DNA of 55,677 nucleotides, filler included, from Basidiobolus ranarum (Eukaryota): assembly GCA_040143965.1 (NCBI GenBank). It is 5 parts of 5 records of this genome, joined end to end, with 100 filler letters (N's around TTAATTAATTAA, not from the genome) between each part and the next. Parts side by side here need not be neighbours in the genome. Positions count along the whole stretch, not along the records: positions 22,337 to 33,394 come from JASJQH010000642.1; positions 33,495 to 44,539 come from JASJQH010000643.1; 3 more parts are not named here. One strand, 5' to 3'. The notes below the pieces were generated by a model. That model had not been told where the DNA came from. It ran no database searches and saw nothing but the letters and a program-made list of their open reading frames with translations. Below, one piece after another: positions 22,337 through 35,263 of the stretch; position 1 is the stretch's first letter; each line of letters begins with the position of its first letter. Both the position numbers and the translations under genes were made by a program.

Positions 22337-23150
22337 AACGGGATAGGCAAGTACAAAGTCTTTTCAACCATCCCACACTTATCCTCAGATTCGGTAAGGA
22401 AGTTGAGCCATTGACGTTCGATTTTGAACCTACCAGTTTCTGGCTTGCAATATGTAACGCACTCCTTTAGATGGCAACTCACGCTTTTAAAGGTGGCATC
22501 TTTGACTTCTGGGAAAAGTTTAATTGTCACTGGAATGATATCACCAAGACCAAAAGATCTAACGGGTAAAGAGATCTCATATGGAATGTTGTCATTCCAA
22601 ACATCATGTACATTTATCGGCTCCAAATGAGATACAGAACCAGGGAAAGAATAACGGATAATCTGAATTTCTTGACGGCATGTTGCCTTTCGTTTGGGAA
22701 AAGGCCTATCAGCAATAGCCTTTAGGATATATTGAACACTCCCATTTTTGACGTGAACTGTCTCAGGTAAAGAGCCTTCAAAAGGGATCTCAAAGCCAAA
22801 TTCGTGCTTACCCGGAGGAAGTACGTGAAGTTCAGTTTTAACAGGTAGAAGTGGTTTAACCATTTTGATAATCTCACGCTTTGCGTGACGTACATGGGTT
22901 TTACCGTCATAAGCTGATAAAAATATGTGAGTACTCTGTAATATATAACTAGATAGAAGTTGCTGTACTTACTGCATTTCCAAGACGCTTTAGCTTTACC
23001 GGTCAACTTCAACGATAGAGATTTGATTTTGGTTTCTTCGAGTATATAAATGACTACTTTCCCCTCCAATACCACACCACCGGACTCGCTCGGAGGACCG
23101 TGAAGGACTACTTGGTCTTCATAGGGTACTATCTCCATTCTAAAGGGCAT
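22337..23150 (-). CDS. Alpha-arrestin family protein (ART/CreD-like), 3' end cut by the contig end
   Basis: VVLHGPPSESGGVVLEGKVVI...KSLSLKLTGKAKASW, an intron, then LPPGKHEFGFEIPFEGSLPETV...VQYILKAIADRP. Confidence 0.88.
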
Positions 23151-25122
23151 ATTGCTGTTATTTGACTTGACTATAGGAGCAAATGTACTTCTTCCTATGT
23201 GTATAGCTCGCCTTTTAACCTAAAAAATGGTGAGTCGTATAGGTAAATTATATTATTGTATACATCTTAGAGGTTGTAATTTCTCCTTTTGAGGAATGGC
23301 ACCATTATTGGGGGTAAACTACAGACCAAGACTACAATTTTGAGTAACAATACTAAAGTACAAATCTCAGAGGTGATTATCTTCGCAATACCTAAATAAT
23401 CCTGGTGTTAAGTATATAGGCCAATTGAGATAGTGCCTTCAGTCCATCAGCTTCCTAGATAATCACAACCGTTCAGATAATCAATTGATAAACTCATTTC
23501 TGTTTGTTGACTTGAGCTGTGTATATCGCGCACAAACGTGGTTTCTGCTATCCATATTAAGATTTGGGGCTTTAATTACGCTCCGGTACCATCCATTCAG
23601 TTGAACGTAATGATTTTATTTGTAGATACAACGTGAGTCAAATTTGATTGTGCTTTATCAACATCACATCCCATCTTCATCTTGGTTTTAAAATGATATC
23701 GACATTACAAAGTACCATATGAGGTTGAAAACCCCCCAGCGCCACCGAATCCTCACGGTATTCATTTATCGCTACCTGATATGTACTCTTGGCATGCTTG
23801 TCACTCGCCTTTTGTAGGGTTTTAATGAATGATTCTAAGGGAGTGAGGCACCCAAATGAAACTACGATGCCCGATTGTTACCTAAATTCGAGTTAACCAA
23901 GGACAATTTGACCTCAACCCCCTCGAACAAGTAGAATTGCCTTCAGTATTGGCTATTTTGAGTGCATGTCAAAAACTCTGTACAAAGAACCTTAATTCAT
24001 TAATAAATATTCCGAATCCATTGGGGTGGGTGAGTACTACTTATCCACAGAGTCTGACAAAGCCTGTATTTCGGCCTTTGTTTTTTGGCTTTACACCCCG
24101 ATAGCTAATTAATATCATTTATAAATAAATGACTAAATCCACACCATGGAGTATATTCTGATACAAGAGGAATACATATTGATATCTTAAATCATCTAAT
24201 TATAGCATAGTATCGCTACAAAGTAATGGCGCAAGCTCATGCTTCCAGCGAAGTCCTAGCCACCATTGTTAACACCTGTTATCATGATTGTGATTATTTA
24301 CGGATTGACATGTGAAATACAGTTATGTGCCATCTTTGATTATCATTTCCCAATCTACCATGGAGCTTGTGCAGTTTAAGTGTTTCAGCATGCTGAGCTT
24401 CCAATCAATGTGACCAACTTGGGATGACTTTAAGAATAAATTGAGATTTCTCAACAATGGATGGTTTATTTTGGCAACTTAATGGTCAAGCTTCAAAATA
24501 GTCACAATTTCTGAGAATTGAAATGGCACTACCATTTTCAGAAAGGCACCATCGTAATGGTCTGATTAATAGAAGCAAACCATGAGTGGATTTGTTCATT
24601 GCCAATTTGAGTATGAAGAAGGCTTGAGTGGTACATTTAACAGCTTCCATATACCAGAATCATCTATTGAAGAATACTTCCGTCATGAAAATCGACAAAA
24701 TGAATACGACAGGTTTGTTCGCGTTGTAAATTTGGCAACTTATTGTAGTTGATTAACTATCGAGATTGTAGATGCAATTGGCATAAAACCAGCTACCAGA
24801 CCAGTGTTCTTAGCAGAGAGTGTAAGTGTTTTCATTATTACAAGCGGGATGAAAGTACCCTTACTTAGAATCACAAATCTCTATGTTGTGTGCAATTAGT
24901 CGATATTTTAATTGCTTTTATTATGTACTGAATCAATACCAAAAATTGTATGAGGGTCATCCTGATTTTTTCTAAATTCAGTGAAGTATGGTTTTTTTTT
25001 CTTTTTTTTCCCTTTTTCTGAAGAGGTTATTTTTTTTCTTCGATTTGGTACACTTTGTAAGTTAGAGGAATATTTGTTGGACTCTATACCACTTGACATA
25101 GATTTTATAGATTGCATACATA

Positions 25123-27426
25123 ATGTCCAAAAAGAAGACACTGGCTAAACAATTTCACAACTCGCTCAACACACAAGTCGCTGAAGCTGTTGTAGCAAAG
25201 TTTGATAACGATGCGGACTTATTTGCTATCATTACCCAAGCTGTCGATCGTCACCGTCTTAGAGTATTCGATACACACACAGGCACATTGAAATCAGAGT
25301 TTTCTTCAGATTCTGAGCGAAAGTTCACGTGCATGTCCTGGGGAATTACTCAAATTGAAGGAGTTTTGAGCGAAACCAGTGTAAGCACTCGGAAATATTT
25401 GTGTGCCAATCTCGAGTCGCTTAATTTACTTTATATTGTAGGAGACTTCTGGTAGAAAAAAAAGAAGGGCCTCAAGAGTGCAAGCTGCCACTACTTCTAA
25501 GGTTGTTGCTCTTGGTCTTGAAAATGGTTCCATTATCCTCTATTCCATTTCACTTGGCTCCATTCAGAAAACACTGAGTGGTGCCCACACTCTACCTGTA
25601 CGCGACTTTATATTCAGTCAAGATGGTGACAAGGGTTATTCTTGTGCCCAAGATGGGTTCATCATCGAATGGGACTTGAAGGCTGGTTCAATTATTAGGT
25701 AGCAATGTTGAAGTAATGAAAATAGGCAAAGATACATTTAACTCAAAGTTATATTTTTAAATAGAAAATGGAAGAGCGATATCAAGGATATTCACACCAT
25801 CAGCTTAAGCCATAATGGATCGGTTCTTGCTGTTGCCGCCCATAGCATTGAGCTTTGGGACTTGGAGTCGCAGAAAGTTATCAAGGTTTGTTTTTCATAT
25901 TTCATTTTTTCAAGCTCATGCCTTTAACTTGTGATTGTTATATCCAGAAATTTACTGGTCACGCTAGTGTGATTACCAATTTGACTTTCTCTCCTAATGA
26001 CGAGATTTGTATATCTTGTGCTGAACACGACCGTTTTGTGAACTTGTGGGATTGTCGATTGGAGGAAGATAAGGTCAATCTAGCGGCTCTTACCTTAGAT
26101 GCTGATATCACTCAATTAGACATATCGAAAACCAACAACGTTTTGGCTTTATCAGAAGAGGGTGTAGTTGGAGTTTGGGAAAACCTTATTGGTTCTACTT
26201 CCTTGGGATCTAAACCATCTAAGAAGAAGAGATATACTACTCGTCCCTCAGATTCTACTATTAAAATTCTTTCTACTGCTGAAGAGTCCGTTGTTATTCC
26301 AATCTTAGTTGCAAAGTTCGTTTCCAAGGGAGAGTATGCCGAGGTCCTTGTTGCTCGTGGATCTACTTTGAAACCTTCATTTGAGAGAGTGGTATGATTT
26401 CTTTACGTAAAATATTTAGTGTTGCTGTTACAAACTAACATCATTTCCAGAGCTTCCGTGATGAAGAGAGTGGCAAGTTTTTAGCCGAAGTTCAAGTTCA
26501 TCGTGCACCCACCGGAGATCTTTTGTTGGATTCAAGCTCTATTGCCTCCGACAATTTGGTACGAGTTTACATACTTCAGTTTCTTATTTATTCTTTTTCT
26601 AATATTTGTTCACTTTAGAAAAATACACAAAAATCTTATGGAGATAGCGATATAGCCGTTCTTGGTGCCACCGACATGGCCCTCCCTGACCCATCTATCA
26701 ACAAGCGTACTGAGGTTTTTTCTTTTTCTTTTGTCTGTAGTAAAAAAACTGGTCATACTTACGTTAGCTAACTATTAGGAGCAAGAACCTACTATTGAAG
26801 AGAAATTGAAGGATCTAGTAGTTGCAGATACAGCCGACGGTGCCAACGCCGAGATTCCTGCTCAAAAAACTATTACTCCCAAGGCCAACTCCCTTGTACA
26901 TATCCTTGTTCAGGCTCTTCATAGTAACGATATCCAACTTCTAGAAGGTTGCTTAAATAACACTAATGCTGAGATCATCAACAATACCGTCAAACGTCTT
27001 CCTCCTACCTATATCATTCCTTTCCTTGCCCAAGTCATTCCAAGATTCCAAGCCAAGCCAAATCGTGGTAGCGCTCTTCTAAGATGGATTAAAGCTGTCC
27101 TCATCTACCACGCAGCCTATCTAATGACTGTAAATATTTTATTTGTACAACTGTTTGCTATTCTCCATTGTCTAACTCATTCAATTTCTAAGGTTCCCGA
27201 CTTGGTAAAGCATATTGGTACTTTCTATCAAACAGTGGACAATCGCATTGGTAGCTTCCAAAAATTGTTGAATCTTTCTAGCCGTTTAGATTTAGCTCAA
27301 TCTTCAATGAGTAATATTGAAAACGTTGTGGAGGAATTCGACAATGAGCCCACAAATGTGTATATCGAAGGTGAATCTGATGACGAGTATGCTAGTTTAT
27401 CTGGTGAAGATATGACTGATGATTAA
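25123..27426 (+). CDS. UTP5: U3 snoRNA-associated protein Utp5/WDR43 (WD40 + Utp12/Dip2 domain), multi-exon
   Basis: N-terminal WD40 exons (VALGLENGSIILYS, KFTGHASVITNLTFS) and a C-terminal Utp12 domain (SLVHILVQALHSNDIQLLEGCL...TVKRL...LLRWIKAVLIYHAAYLMT), ending in an acidic tail. Confidence 0.88.
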
Positions 27427-28962
27427 CCACTACATCCCTCTCCCTCAATTCTCAACATCCACCCCTCAACCGCTTTTTCTTTTTACATATATGTTCTTCT
27501 ACCAATGTATTGTGTGAAGTAACCCAACAATGTAAACTGGTACCACCATATTTCAATAGAGTCCTAATTATTTGGTTTATTTGAGATTTTTATATTTACT
27601 CAACACAATATGTCAGACTCATTATTGTCGCCAAGTGCCTCGCTGTGACATGAGAATCATAGAACCACATAATTCAGCAAGTTTATCCAATAAATCAGTG
27701 AATATATATGAATTGTATCAGCAACTTAACCCTAAGCCTCATAAAGAAGATTCGGTTAAACTAGTCAAGATTCAAAAGATGCTTTAATCCTAACCTATGT
27801 CGAGGAATTTGAAGATGGGAAAACAATTGTTGTCAGGTAGTCTAATCAGGAGGTGTTGCATGTCCACCGAAAGTTAAGCGTTACTCTAAGCGGGCAATTT
27901 CTTGGAATTCAATCAGGTACGTTCGTTGGTGCAGTAAACCATAGAAACTATATAAACATTATGGCATATGTCTATTCATTTACCACTGGTATTTGATTTA
28001 TAATTCAACTGCCCACAACCATAACACTCAAGAAATGCTCAAAATGTAGTAGATAGAGAAGGGTTGTGAAGGTACTTAAGTATACATGCAACGATATCCT
28101 GCTGCAACTTGCATTAGAGAATGAATTCAACAACATGACAGTAGCTTGTATAAAGATTGTAAATGATACATCAAACCAAATGAATTTACTAAGTCCACTT
28201 GAATTTTTTACTGTATCCAGTTTTCTAATATACATGTTCTATTAACACCACTAAGCTATATGGAATATCAAAAATCTGTGTATTATTTTTATCGGAAAAG
28301 GCAAACAATACGAGAGCCAAAGTGGCTTATACATTAGCGCTGGTAACTGATTCACTTTTTGCATGTATTTTTCAAATGACAAAATCTTTTCAGTCACTCC
28401 ATGATTCAACTTCATATTTATTGCATAGCCTAATCAACGCCCAAATAACAGTCTTTGATATTATGCAAGTGACTTTACTACTCCTTATGATGCTATATAC
28501 ACTTGTATTCTATACTATCAGTAAATCAGTTTTGACCTCACATTTTTTTAAATTATTTGTTTGCCAGCAACAATTGTTTTGGCTTTTGCAATATTACAAG
28601 TGGTTATATATGATGTTCAAGCATGGCTAGGCCTATGTCAAAGTGCTGAATCTTGCAGTTGCTTGTCTGTATGCTACGAAAAGTCTTCTCATTACTCACA
28701 AGGTATGATGTTTGTGACAGTACTATTTGAAAGGGTTACCCTTCTTTCTTGACACAGCGAAATATAATAATAGAGAAATATATGTTTTAGTGGAAGCAGT
28801 TACTTTGAGAGTAGATTTCAATGAGCAGAATATAGACAAATGTTGTCTTCTGTTTTATGAAGTACAAAGTAGCTGTTGATATATGAAATATTTATTATAT
28901 TGAAGTTATGCTGATTTTACCAACTCACATCCATATTTGAGTGATTCTAAGAGGCGTATTTG

Positions 28963-29206
28963 TGTTGAAATTGACATAGACTAAACATCTATATAGTCAT
29001 ATATAGCCTAATATCAAGTTATTCCATATTTCACTAAGATAACACCTATTCTCAATCGAGGCCCCGAACTTTGCACACATGTTCCTGGAACCTTCCTTAA
29101 CATATTATACACGTTTGTTTGCTCACTCAATAAATCAGTAAGCGGAAGCCATAAATTATTTCTAGTTCTCCTAGCCACTTCCAACAGCTCCCAAAATACT
29201 TCAACA
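28963..29206 (+). repeat. Solo LTR, family B (internally deleted relative to 940-1287)
   Basis: TGTTGAAATTGACATAGACTAAACATCTATATAG...CCCAAAATACTTCAACA is colinear with the reverse complement of 940-1287. No clean TSD is visible. Confidence 0.85.
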
Positions 29207-31218
29207 ATGACCTTCCATTTCTGATGATATTGACAAATTCCAAAATAGCAGCTAAACATTCAATTATGATTCAGGTGGATTCAGGTGAAAGATGCGACCT
29301 AACCGTCCCCAAGAATTTTAGTCTAAAGTCTAAAATCTACCTTTAGGTGGAGAAGCTAGGGGTTGTTTAGAATCCGTTCTTCCGGCAGACCTGTGTTATT
29401 TTGTGTCCAAGTCACGACGTGATATCAACTATTAACCACTTAAGTGACTGTCATTAGATATGTTGTGAAAGGAAAGATCTCTAAGAATCAGTACAATCAA
29501 AAGTTACTGAACATAATGGTGGAGATGGCGTCCTAGTGCCAGTATTGAAGTTGTGCACTGTAAAGAGATATAGGGAAACTGAGCCCTGTATTCTAGTTAA
29601 GAGAGCACCCTTCGTTGAGGAGAATTAATCTATCAGAGTTTCAAAGGCTATGCATGATCAGGATGTGTGAAGCAAAAGAACGGAGAATTCTGTAATTCCC
29701 TGAAATCTTCAATAGGCTCAAAGTGGTATTTATTGAATCATGCAGCTTCTACTGAAGAACAAAATCGGAGTACCATTTCCGATTGTCAACCCCCCTCTCT
29801 ACATCGAAAATTCGTCTGTTGGAGCGATTCTATTACATGTTTGGCGGCACTGCAGTACTTAGGAGAGGATACCCATTGTAAATAAAATGACATTGATCAA
29901 CTATCTATGCTAGCACCCATCTATATAACTTGATGCATTGTTTTGAAACTGCATGGTGTAACCCATTAGCAGATTATTTACCAACAGTAGCTTTTGATAT
30001 TTCAGTTTCAATCGCACTTCTACAAATATCTAGACGATTACAGACTGAACAGCTCATTGTTCATATGTCAATTCTAGATGATGGAGCAATTACGTAAATG
30101 CAATGACTATTACTAGATCATGTGTGGGCTCATATAATAGCCCTCCAACCTAATTGTGACTTCATTTCTTAATACGGCTAATTGATTGGAAGCACTATTT
30201 AAAGTGGATGTGGAACGAGTGCTTTTGATGGTCACCAAATACTCTTACCTGCTTAATACATATCATTTTTGTCACTTTCATATAACTTGTAGGAGGTGAG
30301 ATACTAAGGAGTAGCACTATGCAACTTAAATCCAAAAACTTAGTCAACCTAGTTGATTGTGTTGTTGCCCTAGTTCCACCCGCTATTTCTTCGGAAATTC
30401 CTCGAGGAAATGCTTTAGTAAGTCTGCCAGTTAACGAGACAGTCATGCAGATCCAGGAAGAGAGTATCCAACTAACTGTTGATGTGAATATTCTACCGCC
30501 GAGCTCTTCTATAAGTCAAAATGTGGCGAAAATAAGTGTAGCGGAATAGGCAAATTAAGTTCATTCTAACTCGATTATATACTAGCCCCTAATTTCAAAC
30601 AAACCCAATGTATCACTGCTTCTTTGAAGGTCCACAAGAAAAGCTGCTTATATTAAATCTTCTTAAATCCATTTGAGGGACCTTCCAACCCCTAATGGTC
30701 TGTGCCAAAATTTTTAAATAAATCCACCTACTGTAAATATAATCACCGAAGCTTCATTGCAAACGGCTTGTCTCACTCCAATAGGTTGAAACGGGAACTG
30801 TACTCCTAAAGTAATTATCTTTGTCGAGAATTGTTTATTTGGATGCAAAGCAAACCCCACTTCATCAGTCGTGTTTATCTAGGGAGTTACTTATGCATTT
30901 ATAACAACATCTTCTTAAGAATGAGGATGAGCAGTCTGTGTTGAGACCGTTTTGTTGTTTGTTGATAATCATTCTGTGTGATGTACAACGAAACGTATGC
31001 ATGGAATTGTTGAGTATGAGATAGGCAACAAGGTGGCCAATACGTCATCTTGACTGTTACTTTCCGAGTTGAAATAACTTACATTGCTCCTACAATGAAA
31101 CCTCAGTTGAAGTATAAAATGAGATGATAGACTTTTTGCAAGGGGAGTTTAGCGTGTTTATTCGTATTTACTCAGTAGACTAATTTTTAACTTTAACCCC
31201 TAATTCTTAACAAAACAA

Positions 31219-31875
31219 ATGTTAATTACTAACATTAAATTATTTCTAACTTGGTTCCTAGTTCAACCTGTCATTGCTGGATTTTTTACTCTTGAACCTT
31301 ATGGGCAGACAGTATGGCTAATGAACCAAAATGTAACAATTCGATGGATAGAGAATAGAGAATTTCCTTTGCTTTCGAATATTCACCCGTTCCAATTAGA
31401 ACTGTGTAGCGGGAGTGACACGAAGCAAGTAGTTTTAGGCGCCATTGGCGGTGATATAAATCCAAATACAACTAAAGCAGTTTCTTTTATTGTACCAAAT
31501 GTATCGCCCCCTGGAAAGCTCTACTTTCTTCGTTACAAGGCCACCCCCTTATCCTCAAAGCCAGATCAGGCGATGTACTTCTGGTCTACTCGCTTTACCA
31601 TCTCTGACAATATCGCTATGAAGCCTTCACCACTTTCCGCAGGATTTGGAGCCCTCGCTACACCTACACCCGATGTGGTTAAACAACTTACAGGCACTGG
31701 ATCCTCTCCTACGGACGGTCCAGGGAGTAGAGCTACACAGGCTGCCTCTGATCCATCTCGAGTCATGAAAACAGCACATGATGGAAAGTCCAATAGAAAT
31801 GGAGTGACCGTAAAACTTGTTAATCCTTTTCCTTCACTTCTGATGGTAATTATCTTCGCCTATCTGTCATTCTAA
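31219..31875 (+). CDS. Secreted Ser/Thr/Pro-rich, probably GPI-anchored cell-wall protein (Kre9/KNH-like N-terminal domain)
   Basis: Signal peptide, then EPYGQTVW...VTIRW...LELCSG...FIVPNVSPPGKLYFLRY...WSTRFTI, an S/T/P-rich linker and a hydrophobic C-terminus. Confidence 0.8.
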   Translation: MLITNIKLFLTWFLVQPVIAGFFTLEPYGQTVWLMNQNVTIRWIENREFPLLSNIHPFQLELCSGSDTKQVVLGAIGGDINPNTTKAVSFIVPNVSPPGKLYFLRYKATPLSSKPDQAMYFWSTRFTISDNIAMKPSPLSAGFGALATPTPDVVKQLTGTGSSPTDGPGSRATQAASDPSRVMKTAHDGKSNRNGVTVKLVNPFPSLLMVIIFAYLSF

Positions 31876-33104
31876 ATCCAAAATTTGGGTCCAAGAAAGG
31901 ATTTAATCCTTATAAGGTTTAATCGTGACATTTCTAGTAGCAGAACATCGTTTTGTTGAGAGCATTATTGAAAACTTGTATCAGAAATATCCCACCCACA
32001 GTAATATTTAGAATAGGAAGAGCCGTTCTAATTCCTTGGATTCTTTTGTGTAACCAATCCTCAAGTAAAATGATTTAGTATGTTAAATACCATAGAACAT
32101 AATCCCTGGATCTCTTTGGACATTTCTTGCGGGGCATCTATCATTAAATTTGGATGTTGGTGATGTCGAGTATTTAGTCACGAATGTATCGCATACACAC
32201 TTAAAGATATTCTGTTTCGTGATGGAAGTAACTTATTAGCTGGCAAGATAATCTCTGGCTTATATTAGTCCTGTTACCAGTATTCCATTATAACGTCATA
32301 TAGCGCTTATTGTCAGATTAAAGCCTCATATTAAGTGGAAATTACTCCGTTTTCGGAATAAGAAACATATATGGGGTGTTTGTTACCATGAAAATCATAC
32401 ATTAGCACGAGCGATGAGGTCAGAATTTCACATTATCCCATGAACCAATGGATCCCAGTACTTGTAAATGATTCGCTATTCAGTGGACCTTTGAAGATCA
32501 ATGTTTATTACACAATTCAATACACGTATTTTGGAGCCTTGGATATGCAAATTTGATAGCACATGATTTGTTATCTGGCGCTAAGCAGTGTCATACCCAC
32601 ATATTTGCCAAAAAGGCAATAGAGTTTGAGATTACAGAAAAATCACTCTCAGAGCAGGGTGGTACAATGAGAAAGTAAGGAGAGGCTCTCTTGAAAGAGT
32701 AAGAGCAAAGTCACCACTCAATACTAAGAACATTCTTCTTAATAAAGGAGTTACAATACAAATGCATTCAAATGGGTCTAGGAAAACTAGGTCAAACCAT
32801 TCAGATAAGAAATGGAGAGCAAACTTCTAGTAAGAATATATAAAGAACCTGTTGGTTTGGTGGTTTATATCTACTTCGAGATTGTAGTATATTTGAAGGC
32901 TCTTTATATTGTTCCAGACATTTGTTTTGAGTATTCTCGAATATTGCTTGAATTAAATTTAATACACAGTGAAAATAATATTTCGGTGATGTCAACGAAA
33001 GATATTGAACCTGAATAACTATATATGACGTTCCCAAAAATGAATATCGGAAGCGAGAGTTTCTCCAGGAGTGACATAAACTTCACTATTCGTACTGAAT
33101 GTGA

Positions 33105-33394
33105 GCCAGACGGCTACGTCAGACAGAGGAAGTCCCCAAGGCCGAGAAGGATGCCTGGGTCGAGTCGATCATTGAGCTGTTGGACATGAGTGATATAGCT
33201 GACGGCTTAATCGGTGAAGTAGAAACCGGCCTCGGTATTTCGGTGGAAGCCAGAAAGCGGTTAACCATTGGCTTGGAGTTAGTAGCTAAACCAAAGATTC
33301 TTTTCCTTGATGAGCCCACCTCAGGATTGGACTCTCAAGTATCCTTCAATATTGTTAGATTCTTGCGCAAACTTGCAGATGAAGGCCAATCCAT
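33105..33394 (+). pseudogene. PDR/ABCG transporter NBD2 fragment, apparently lacking upstream exons and cut by the contig end
   Basis: [35 protein letters not shown]...[35 protein letters not shown]. In-frame stops lie just upstream, and no ABC-like exons are recognisable in the preceding 1.2 kb. Confidence 0.7.
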
Positions 33395-33494
33395 NNNNNN
33401 NNNNNNNNNNNNNNNNNNNNNNNNNNNNNNNNNNNNNNTTAATTAATTAANNNNNNNNNNNNNNNNNNNNNNNNNNNNNNNNNNNNNNNNNNNN
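33395..33494. other. Artificial contig linker
   Basis: N44-TTAATTAATTAA-N44. Confidence 0.98.
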
Positions 33495-33743
<249 letters not shown>

Positions 33744-33837
33744 TCATGAGGCTATGTTGCGCTTACTTTTCAGAACAATTGAAACTGAATCGAAGATGGT
33801 TTATTTTGCTTACTTTAATAAACGGCTAAAAAAGTTA

Positions 33838-33941
33838 TATATTTGTGTACGTACTCATGTAATATTTCGTCAACTGTTATATTGAGGTGTATATTTGTGT
33901 ACGCTCTCATGTAATATTCTGTTGACTGTTATCTTGGAGTG
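33838..33941 (+). repeat. Imperfect 52-bp tandem duplication at the RPL40 3' end
   Basis: TATATTTGTGTACG..CTCATGTAATATT...CTGTTAT..GTG occurs at both 33838 and 33890. Confidence 0.85.
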
Positions 33942-34250
33942 AAGAGATACCATCTATTTACGGCCAAGTTGAGTGGTTGTGAATATTTCTACGATACATA
34001 CTTATATGAAATATATGTCTGCTAATCTTCAAACAATATATGCATCATGATCATCCATATGAAACGTGGATATATGCGTACAGTCGAGGTATTCTCTAGT
34101 CCAATTATCCGCAGTATTGAACGATCAAAAAATTTTCTTAGTAGAAATTGAGCAGTCAAGAAAAATTAATTTTTGGTAAGACTCAATAAGTTTAATAATT
34201 TCAATAGTGTATTTGACTATCTTTTATCACTACACTATACTTTAAACATA

Positions 34251-34967
34251 ATGAATTCGTTATACCTACGTTCAAGAACGTTACTCCCCACGAGTTTGAA
34301 TAGAAGTAGAAGTACGATACTAAGTAGTTATAGGCTTATCAATAATACCTCCAATTCTACACCAACTGAAGAAACCGAAGATAGTACCAAAAGTCGTCGT
34401 TTGGATACCCTAACTTTACCTGAGAACGTTACTTCAAAGTCAGTATCCTGGCTAGAGGATAGATTACAGAAATCTAGATTGAGTTCTGACTCGAATAGAA
34501 GAGCTAACAGAGATAAATTGGTTGAGGAAAAAGTTTTCGAACGTCTTCTTCGTAAAGAGGAAAATGTGCGACCTCCACGCCCTCCCAAGGTACAGGTTCA
34601 TCCTTCTATGAACATGGATGCACCGTCTTGGGCGCGTCGTAAGGTATCAGTGGGTCAATCTTTACAAGGAGACCAGTGGAATCCATCGAAAAAAGTGGCG
34701 CGTTCGACAATGGAAAAAATCCGATTCTTAAAAAATGAATTGCCAGAAGAATGGACTATTGATAAAATCTCCAAAGAGTTCAAAATATCCTTTGAGGCAG
34801 TAAGAAGAATCTTGAGGTCAAAGTTCCAACCCAAACCCGAGGTTCTCCAACGTCAAGAAGAGAAAAGGTTGCGACAGAGATTGGATTATGTAAGGAACGT
34901 GAAAGAGGAAAACATTGTCAATCAACGAAAGCCTACCTTAAGGAAAATTGAAATCCCTAGAAAATAA
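34251..34967 (+). CDS. RRG9: Required for respiratory growth protein 9 / neugrin-like mitochondrial protein
   Basis: Arg/Ser-rich presequence-like N-terminus and WNPSKKVARSTMEKIRFLKNELPEEWTIDKISKEFKISFEAVRRILRSKFQP. Confidence 0.85.
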   Translation: MNSLYLRSRTLLPTSLNRSRSTILSSYRLINNTSNSTPTEETEDSTKSRRLDTLTLPENVTSKSVSWLEDRLQKSRLSSDSNRRANRDKLVEEKVFERLLRKEENVRPPRPPKVQVHPSMNMDAPSWARRKVSVGQSLQGDQWNPSKKVARSTMEKIRFLKNELPEEWTIDKISKEFKISFEAVRRILRSKFQPKPEVLQRQEEKRLRQRLDYVRNVKEENIVNQRKPTLRKIEIPRK

Positions 34968-35263
34968 GAAGTTAATTGATTTTACATGCATTACGATTTA
35001 CAATATTCTTTCCACACCATCTGTTCTTTCCAAGCAAAATAGTCTTTTAATTGTTATAAAAATAGCACACATTCAACACTTTATTTTATTTACTGTTTTC
35101 AAAATATTATGTGAAAAGTATCAGTTTGAATGGATGAGGTTGAATGTAGATTCGGCGCAGTTTAGTATTATACAGTATGCATAGTTACTGGACATGATAT
35201 ATATATATCGGAAAAGGGAAATGCTTCTATAGAAATGTATCTCATCAAACGAAGTATAAATAC

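Noticed and set aside
28005-28752. Hydrophobic short ORFs suggesting a membrane-protein gene
   Set aside because: The fragments lie on both strands with no consistent exon chain or recognisable motif. T-rich DNA readily gives hydrophobic ORFs.
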